A stretch of 64,000 nt of DNA, from IMG/VR virus record IMGVR_UViG_3300020451_002055. The stretch is one strand, 5' to 3'. Made by a program: the position numbers and the translations under genes. The notes under the pieces were generated by a model. That model did not search any database. It was not told the DNA's origin and saw nothing but the letters and a program-made list of their open reading frames with translations. Positions 57,682-64,000 of the stretch are shown here, piece after piece (positions within the stretch are counted from its first letter, which is position 1; the number at the start of each line of letters is the position of its first letter). Source of the DNA: a virus (taxonomy: Duplodnaviria > Heunggongvirae > Uroviricota > Caudoviricetes).

Positions 57682-58390
57682 TCATGTCGCAAATCTGATA
57701 TCCGGCCTGTTTTACAGCCTCCGAGAGCAATACATCTCCAAGAATTTTGCTCATGCCCGGAGCGGGCCAATTCAAAACATCTCTCAATACATGGGTTCGG
57801 GCCATGTAAGCTGACCCAAGAACGAACTCATGCTTCACATAATCAGAAGGCATATCTCCCATTTTCATTTTGCCGGATGGGATAGGGCCTCCTTTGTACC
57901 ATTTCTGAGAACGAATCCAATCGTAAACAGTATCTCTCATTTCGGCTCGTTTTTCGATATCGCCATAACCGCCCACATGACTGAACATGGATTCAACATA
58001 GACCATCTTACCCCAGAGCGCTACCGACTTGTCCGCTTCTTCAGCAGCCTCAATGTAACGATCCAGCGTATCAGGAAACTCAATAGCGCTATCGTCATCG
58101 AGCCACAAATGGTACTCAGTTTCCATATCGCAAAGCATGCGCTTATGCATCGGGTCTTTATTGAGATTATGCTTTGAGATGTAGATATCGTCGATCTCAT
58201 TGCGCAGCGAATCGACAAAGCTCATTGTCTCATCTGATACCTGGTTACAACCCACTCTTAGATAAAACTTGGATCGATCGCAATGGGCAAAGATTGATCC
58301 AAGAACCCTTCTAGCCAAGACAGGAAAATCACCATACAGACAGGTGCATATAGTCAATTTGCGATCATTAAATGATATCGGCATAGCCAT
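57599..58390 (-). CDS. GT2-like glycosyltransferase
   Basis: LWLDDDS DXD motif. Confidence 0.65.
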   Translation of the reverse strand: MAMPISFNDRKLTICTCLYGDFPVLARRVLGSIFAHCDRSKFYLRVGCNQVSDETMSFVDSLRNEIDDIYISKHNLNKDPMHKRMLCDMETEYHLWLDDDSAIEFPDTLDRYIEAAEEADKSVALWGKMVYVESMFSHVGGYGDIEKRAEMRDTVYDWIRSQKWYKGGPIPSGKMKMGDMPSDYVKHEFVLGSAYMARTHVLRDVLNWPAPGMSKILGDVLLSEAVKQAGYQICDMNGFGIIMDACGRRGDGEDYEAFRHLFG

Positions 58391-59147
58391 AGTCCCTCAA
58401 AGCCCAATAGAGATGAGACTCCGCTCCCTCAAGGTATGTTTCTGTACCATTCCCATATATCTGATTATGGTACTTACAGTAATCTGGCACTACTCTTACG
58501 CCTCTTATATACGAAGGTAATCGACCATGTTTTTCTTTGAAGCTCTTCGCGTGCGAAGACAGTATGGCAGACTCAGGAAGGGCCAAACAGTGATGAGCAG
58601 TCGGCCTAAGATTTGTCTTCATATGACTTGAGCAGTCTTCTATGAAGTAGAAGAGTTTGGCAGCGGTAAAGATATCATTCGGGATAGGATGATTTTGGAC
58701 CGTTCCATAAAAGTCAGGCATGGCGCTGATAGCCCTAGAAAAATAAGGGTCATGAGGTTCGCAGCCCATCATGTGAGAACCATAATACCTGTAATGACGC
58801 ATAACAACGCATCTTCTAGTAGAGTAGGTCAGCGGCTCTATGCTTCTGAAAAGAAATGTATCTGGATCGAGAGCTACGCCGCCGTATCTAACGATCAATT
58901 GCATTCCTATGAAAGACGCTGCGAAAGCTATCAGGTCATCCTGCAAAATTCCATCTATGATGTTTTGACAATGCAAATCAGGCAAGTCATCTAGCTTCCA
59001 AACTTTGACTTCCCAGTCGGGATGAAGCTTTGTCATCCTGTCAACGCATATAGAGAAAGTGTCGCACCATGAATCATGGGGCCATACAACATGAATCTTC
59101 TTAGGTATGCGTTGCGTAACAGCGCCTACTTCAAGTTCATCTTGCAT
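58368..59147 (-). CDS. GT32-like glycosyltransferase
   Basis: IPKKIHVVW, YGGVALDPD. Confidence 0.75.
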   Translation of the reverse strand: MQDELEVGAVTQRIPKKIHVVWPHDSWCDTFSICVDRMTKLHPDWEVKVWKLDDLPDLHCQNIIDGILQDDLIAFAASFIGMQLIVRYGGVALDPDTFLFRSIEPLTYSTRRCVVMRHYRYYGSHMMGCEPHDPYFSRAISAMPDFYGTVQNHPIPNDIFTAAKLFYFIEDCSSHMKTNLRPTAHHCLALPESAILSSHAKSFKEKHGRLPSYIRGVRVVPDYCKYHNQIYGNGTETYLEGAESHLYWALRDYGYADII

Positions 59148-59833
59148 TACAACCCTTCTTTCTCAAGATAGTCCAGAGTCTTAGTCATTCTCTCTGTAAT
59201 GCTTCCCAAATCTTTATGGCCCCAGTAATGGAGTCCATACCAATTGTTCTTAATGCCTTGCTCCATCTTTTCTGCGAACTCAACCCAATCCCAATACTGA
59301 CAGAATGCAACGAAGTATTCTCTCGGCACAATAAAGAGTTCATCGGGCCATTGCTGAGCAGAATCAGAGTAGAAAAAGATACCGCCCGACATCAGTATCG
59401 AGTCGGTATCCCTATGGCCGAAATAGTTTGATCTCAACCTATTGATGATGTTATGAAGTAAAGGATGGTTTTGTTCTGCTGCAATGAAGCAGTTTGTTAG
59501 CGTTACGCTATTCTCTTCTATGATTACTTCTGATTTGTTATGTATCAGTTCATCAAAAGACTTGAAATAGATGATATCAAAATCTGAGTAAACTCCTCCA
59601 TACCTCGCAAGTATCTCATAGCGATAGCAGTCAGAGATAACGCTTGTAAGTTCTCCCTGTTTCCTGATGTCATCAACAACTGACTGATTGATTAAATCAG
59701 TTGGCAAGTTATCATCAGTCCAGAGCATATATTCATAGTCTGGATGCAGCCTTTTTAGACGCTCCGCGGCTCGCTGAAACGTTTCTGGGACTTCTCCGCC
59801 AAGCCATATCTGATGTATGATCTTTGGTATCAT
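59147..59833 (-). CDS. GT32 glycosyltransferase
   Basis: IPKIIHQIW, SDCYRYEIL.RYGGVYSDFD. Confidence 0.88.
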   Translation of the reverse strand: MIPKIIHQIWLGGEVPETFQRAAERLKRLHPDYEYMLWTDDNLPTDLINQSVVDDIRKQGELTSVISDCYRYEILARYGGVYSDFDIIYFKSFDELIHNKSEVIIEENSVTLTNCFIAAEQNHPLLHNIINRLRSNYFGHRDTDSILMSGGIFFYSDSAQQWPDELFIVPREYFVAFCQYWDWVEFAEKMEQGIKNNWYGLHYWGHKDLGSITERMTKTLDYLEKEGL

Positions 59834-59847
59834 GCTATTTCCTTTCG

Positions 59848-60603
59848 TTATGGCATGAATGCGCCCGTACCCATACCCCCACCTGAGCTTGAGCTAGACG
59901 GAGGCGGCGGAGGCGGAGGCGGAGGCGGAGGCGGAGGCGGCGGCGGAGGCGGAGGCGGAGGCGGAGGTGGCGGCGGAGGCGGAGGCGGAGGTGGCGGAGG
60001 CGGAGGCGGAGGCGGTGGCGGTGGAGGCGGCGGAGGCGGCGGCGGGTCTCCTCCGCAGCTATCATCAAACGGATAACGAACGACCATGCGACCATGGAAA
60101 TGAATGAGACGATTCAGAGTAAAGATCATCTCATTGAGAAGATCGCCTATCTCCTTAGCAAAGTCTATGATATTGGTTATGCTTGAAGCATCAGGCACGT
60201 CGCTCCAATCCGCAGCAGCATTCGGCAAAACAGCGGGCAGACCGACGATAGGGATTCCATTTTCTAGAATGAAGAAGCCAATGTAAGTATCGCAAGTTGA
60301 CAGCTTACCATAGCTGTCGATCAGAGTTCCTGTAACAAACTGAGATATGGCATCTTGGAAACGCTGAACTGCGGAAACAACTGCGGCAGGAGTCTCAACA
60401 GAATAGTTCTCGACATCAATAAAGGCGAACGCGGGTATATTGAAACCGATCTGAATAGCAGCCTGTCTCTGTAGGATCAAATCGCTCATGAACGCAAACG
60501 ATTCGTCGAAGTCTGCGAACTCAAACACGTCAGGTTCGAATGTACTCTGCAGATCGAATGACTGAGAATACTGAGAAATATCAGATGGGTCTCTATCAGG
60601 CAT
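59848..60603 (-). CDS. protein with 49-residue poly-proline tract
   Basis: CCN codons 59899-60045 in frame. Confidence 0.75.
   Translation of the reverse strand: MPDRDPSDISQYSQSFDLQSTFEPDVFEFADFDESFAFMSDLILQRQAAIQIGFNIPAFAFIDVENYSVETPAAVVSAVQRFQDAISQFVTGTLIDSYGKLSTCDTYIGFFILENGIPIVGLPAVLPNAAADWSDVPDASSITNIIDFAKEIGDLLNEMIFTLNRLIHFHGRMVVRYPFDDSCGGDPPPPPPPPPPPPPPPPPPPPPPPPPPPPPPPPPPPPPPPPPPPPPPPPPSSSSSGGGMGTGAFMP
59899..60045. repeat. (CCN)49 trinucleotide repeat
   Basis: Mixed CCG/CCT/CCA units on - strand. Confidence 0.95.
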
Positions 60604-61249
60604 TGGAGGTTTCTACCCCTAGATTTGTCAGCCCTTTGTAGCTGATGAATGAATCGTTTACGCAGTACATGCTGATGCTCTTATCGGTCAGCTTCCTTGA
60701 CAGTTCCTCGATGCACGAAACCGGGCTATCCTGAGAAATATCTGACAAGACAGATTTGGAAGCGACTATGCAGCCATACTGAAGGCACTCAACTTGGTCT
60801 CGCCCAGTCCTTTTCTCATCGGCGATTATGGGCTTAGATGATCCGTCTTCACTCAAATACGATCCATACACGAATCCATCTATGTCTCCCAAGTCTTTGA
60901 GAGCCGCGCAATAAACAGCATCGGGCTGACTCCGATAGGCTTCAAAAAGCCTGGTCAAGCTCATAGGACTAATCGCCGCGTCGCCGTCGAAGAACAGAAC
61001 GCAGTCGTTGTATGCAGACTCGTGAACCGAAGTCATAATTTCGATAGGTCGTAAAGCAGGACTTACCTGAAGTAGTCCTATGTATTTGACTCGACGTATG
61101 ATATCTGCTTCAGCTTTGCGAGTCGCGCTGGCTACAGCAAAAGTCTCAGATGGCTTCGCATGAAGCATGCTTGTGATCTGTAAAGCGCATTTAGCTATCT
61201 CTCCGGTATGCCCTGGTATGATGAATGCGCTTGCTATTATTCCGTCCAT
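60596..61249 (-). CDS. GT2-like protein
   Basis: LFFDGD DXD motif. Confidence 0.55.
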   Translation of the reverse strand: MDGIIASAFIIPGHTGEIAKCALQITSMLHAKPSETFAVASATRKAEADIIRRVKYIGLLQVSPALRPIEIMTSVHESAYNDCVLFFDGDAAISPMSLTRLFEAYRSQPDAVYCAALKDLGDIDGFVYGSYLSEDGSSKPIIADEKRTGRDQVECLQYGCIVASKSVLSDISQDSPVSCIEELSRKLTDKSISMYCVNDSFISYKGLTNLGVETSNA

Positions 61250-63225
61250 GAAATGAAACCTCCGCCTCCAACGGCTCCGATGATCTCAAGATTCTCTAGA
61301 CCTGTACTCGGATTAACGCCTACGGCGCGGATAGTAAAATCAGGATCAAGTTCGATAGCGGCTCTAGCCATAATGTCTTCCATATAGCTGATAAGGCCTG
61401 AACCAGAACATCCAGCATCGATAAACTCGCCATCGCCGATAACGACGCAAGCTCTTAGCTTGCGACCATTTCCATCGGCAGGCACGTTGAATATCTGCTC
61501 AAAGGTGTTGCCGTTATACGGGTTGCCCGGCTCCGTTCTTGGGGTACAGAAGTCAGTTCCGCTGAAGTCTGTATCTCTATCTCTGTACTGAGTTTGAAGA
61601 TAGTTGATAGCATCGGCTTTGTTGGTGAACGTTGCTATGTCGCTAAACAATCCTGCAAACTGAATAAATGACATCTGTTCGCCGTCTTCAACAAAGTCAT
61701 TGATATATGCCGTAAGGTCTCTTACAACCAGTTCTTCTCTCGGTATAGTTCCGCCGCCTGGAATACTCATAGAACCAGACGAGTCAATAACAAAGCACCA
61801 AGGCGTAGCCCCAGGAAAGAAAGGAACCTCGTATGACTTGAGATCTTCTCCAGCCTGACAACTAGACATACCAACAATATTAGGTCCGAGATTGACGCCG
61901 GATACCGTTGTTCTTGTCCCGTCTGATCTGTTGATCTCATAGAGCGTGCCCGCAGACAGGACTCCGTAGAAGCTGATGAAGTTGCCGCTACCAAGATCAA
62001 GAATGAAGTCAAGACCTGTAACAGATGCAAGCAGGTTGTCATTGTTTCCTACAGGAGCGATAGCTCCGAAGCCCGCTCCGGCAGGACTTGTAAAGTCGAT
62101 CGTAGCAAGGTTGTCGTTGAAGACGCAGTAGCAGTTGCCAAAGGTGTCAAAGGCGATATCGCCAAGCTGATCATCGCCCGCTCCAAGAGCGCCGGAGACC
62201 TTCGTTACATCCCATGTGGTCTCATCAGAGAACCTTAGTTCAAAGAGCTTGTCGCCAGCAACGATATAGAGAAGCTCTTGATCCTGACTGTAAGCCATTG
62301 CAGGCTTGCCGTTGAATGTCGTCGAAGTTAGACCCGCAGAAAAGAGGTTGTTAAGCTCTGTAGAGCCGTTGATAGTAGCGTAGGGTTGGGCCAGCGCTAG
62401 GCCGTCAACAGTTCCCGGCAGAACATCTGCTTCTCCGGGTAGTATTCGCTTTAGGCCGTTTTCCTCAAGCCCCCATAGGAAGTCTCTTGTATCCCATGCA
62501 AGATCATGCCAAGTATTGTCAACATCTCCGCCCTCGGCATCAGTGATTCTTCCGCGAGAAATAAGGGCCTGCGAAGGCGATGCTTCGAAGTCGTAATAGC
62601 GTAGCTGCCAGTCGTCTCCATCTTTAGCGATGACCCAAAGGCGAGAGCAGTCTCGAATCTCGCTCGGGGGATCGCCCGGGTCGCCCGGGTCATCGAGAGG
62701 AATATCGCAGCATCCGATTTCAGTAAGAACATCGATCTCCGGCCAACGGAATACAACGCTGTTCAGTTCGTCAATGATCTCTTCATATACGCCGCCATCT
62801 TCCGTGCATAGAGTATCAGGAGGACCAGTGGATACGCAGAGAATTTCTCCTGCAACGGTGTCTCCTGAATCATATGCAACAAGAAGCTCATATGAGAAAA
62901 TGCGCCTATTTGCTTCGTCAATGACATCTTCATAGGAAGAAACATCTACGAATGCATCTCCGCTAAAATCAGGATCACTACCGTCGAGTTGAGCTACCGT
63001 AGGGCGAAAATAAAACCAGCCCGGAGCTTCATTGCTGTCCCATGCAGCAGGAACAGCGGTCAACACGCTACAATCATCGTAGCGAGCAAAGATGACATCG
63101 CTGTTGTTGATGTCATCTAGATCATTGCCAACACTCGATATCGAAAAGATATTGCTACCGCCGGAACGGTTCTGGATGTTGAACCGAACATGGAACCATT
63201 TGCGTTGTTCGTCACATGCTGGCAT
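61237..63225 (-). CDS. probable virion protein with beta-propeller-like region and C-terminal vWA domain
   Basis: VIDSSGSM MIDAS, GTDF, IGDGE; DIAFD/DLAWD repeats. Confidence 0.7.
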   Translation of the reverse strand: MPACDEQRKWFHVRFNIQNRSGGSNIFSISSVGNDLDDINNSDVIFARYDDCSVLTAVPAAWDSNEAPGWFYFRPTVAQLDGSDPDFSGDAFVDVSSYEDVIDEANRRIFSYELLVAYDSGDTVAGEILCVSTGPPDTLCTEDGGVYEEIIDELNSVVFRWPEIDVLTEIGCCDIPLDDPGDPGDPPSEIRDCSRLWVIAKDGDDWQLRYYDFEASPSQALISRGRITDAEGGDVDNTWHDLAWDTRDFLWGLEENGLKRILPGEADVLPGTVDGLALAQPYATINGSTELNNLFSAGLTSTTFNGKPAMAYSQDQELLYIVAGDKLFELRFSDETTWDVTKVSGALGAGDDQLGDIAFDTFGNCYCVFNDNLATIDFTSPAGAGFGAIAPVGNNDNLLASVTGLDFILDLGSGNFISFYGVLSAGTLYEINRSDGTRTTVSGVNLGPNIVGMSSCQAGEDLKSYEVPFFPGATPWCFVIDSSGSMSIPGGGTIPREELVVRDLTAYINDFVEDGEQMSFIQFAGLFSDIATFTNKADAINYLQTQYRDRDTDFSGTDFCTPRTEPGNPYNGNTFEQIFNVPADGNGRKLRACVVIGDGEFIDAGCSGSGLISYMEDIMARAAIELDPDFTIRAVGVNPSTGLENLEIIGAVGGGGFISWTE

Positions 63226-64000
63226 TATGTTTCTCGCCTATAGTAGTACTTATAGCAGAACTCTAGCTCGGGAGCAGAAAATGTCGAGTTAGATATGATC
63301 GAGTCCACGCCTATGAGTATATCGTCCTGTCTTAGCCCAGGTTCCCAGTCCTGGAACTGATATCCGATCGAAGCAATAACGATTTCATTCGGTCCGCATT
63401 CAAACTCCGTATCAATGCCAGGGAATAGGAATCTCGGCTTAATGTAGAGATACGGAGCGTCTCCGTTGATAATCTGAGATATGCGAACCGGATCGGTTAT
63501 CGGCTCATCTTCATCTTCGATAAACACAAGTTCCTGATTGAGTCTATCGGACAATGGTTCATTATCGCTTAGATCGCCACATTCAGGATTTTGAATGGTT
63601 CCAAAGTCCGATCTTGACGGGAAGAAGTATCCTTCTACAGAAGCAGAGTATGTTCCCTTGATGAGTAGTAAAGCGTTTCCGGTCTCAAAGACAGGCACGC
63701 CTTCTACCGTAATCAAGAGCGGGAAGCTAAGCCTTGCGTTGTCTCCATCACCATCAACATCTAGACGCTGACAGTCGATGTAATCCTGATACGAAATGAC
63801 CAGAGTGTTCTCGATCGCGTCCGGCGGCTCAGGGTTCGGCGGGTCGGTAAGATTCCAGAAGAAGTCGCAAAGACCGATATCGAATACGCAAGTGTAGTCG
63901 GCAAAAGCAGTAACTCTTGCAATACCTTGGGCTCCCGACTCTCTGCCTTCAACAAGAATATCGATGTCTACAGAACATCCATCTAGAGAGTTCGCAGGAG
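63225..64000 (-). CDS. acidic probable structural protein, 5'-truncated by window edge
   Basis: Frame of the 63225-63716 ORF stays open to position 64000. Confidence 0.7.
   Translation of the reverse strand, partial: PANSLDGCSVDIDILVEGRESGAQGIARVTAFADYTCVFDIGLCDFFWNLTDPPNPEPPDAIENTLVISYQDYIDCQRLDVDGDGDNARLSFPLLITVEGVPVFETGNALLLIKGTYSASVEGYFFPSRSDFGTIQNPECGDLSDNEPLSDRLNQELVFIEDEDEPITDPVRISQIINGDAPYLYIKPRFLFPGIDTEFECGPNEIVIASIGYQFQDWEPGLRQDDILIGVDSIISNSTFSAPELEFCYKYYYRRET

Noticed and set aside
59813-60095. Poly-Gly and Arg/Leu ORFs
   Set aside because: Alternative frames of the poly-Pro repeat; only the Pro frame fits the - strand operon.
1-64000. Genome-wide TAG reassignment (genetic code 15)
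   Set aside because: Long conserved genes (gyrA, gyrB, nadV, Ro60) have no internal TAG and several genes end properly at TAG; internal ambers were seen only in the Pth2-like gene.

Overview
This window looks like part of a large (jumbo-type) bacteriophage genome: dense small ORFs, about 14 dispersed tRNA genes, HNH endonucleases, gyrase, NAD salvage and RNA-repair genes. Several host-type domains (ClpC N-domain, prepilin N-terminus, PEP-CTERM-like tail, dockerin-like loop) suggest a Planctomycetota-like host; this is inference. Positions 1-50.9 kb are mostly + strand (auxiliary and translation-related genes). Positions 51-64 kb are mostly a - strand block of glycosyltransferases and probable virion proteins. 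Four signals stand out. (1) Upstream of a Ro60/TROVE gene lie seven RNAs sharing one bulged-stem motif (stem-TGA...G(G/T)TTA(T/A)C / CTT-stem) in three topologies: minimal Y-like RNAs, one YrlA-type RNA, and tRNA-shaped RNAs with the stem grafted into the anticodon arm, which are circular permutations of the YrlA type. (2) Short promoter-proximal leader peptides have codon content matching the tRNA cluster downstream (Lys-rich before tRNA-Lys x3, Glu/Arg-rich before tRNA-Glu x4 and tRNA-Arg, Pro-Pro-rich before tRNA-Pro), suggesting tRNA-depletion-sensing attenuation. (3) A Pth2-like peptidyl-tRNA hydrolase gene carries two in-frame TAG codons and is missed by the ORF track. (4) A tRNA-Arg gene is split by a cassette carrying an HNH gene plus a replacement tRNA-Arg. 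All calls come from reading the sequence by eye; no searches or folding programs were run.
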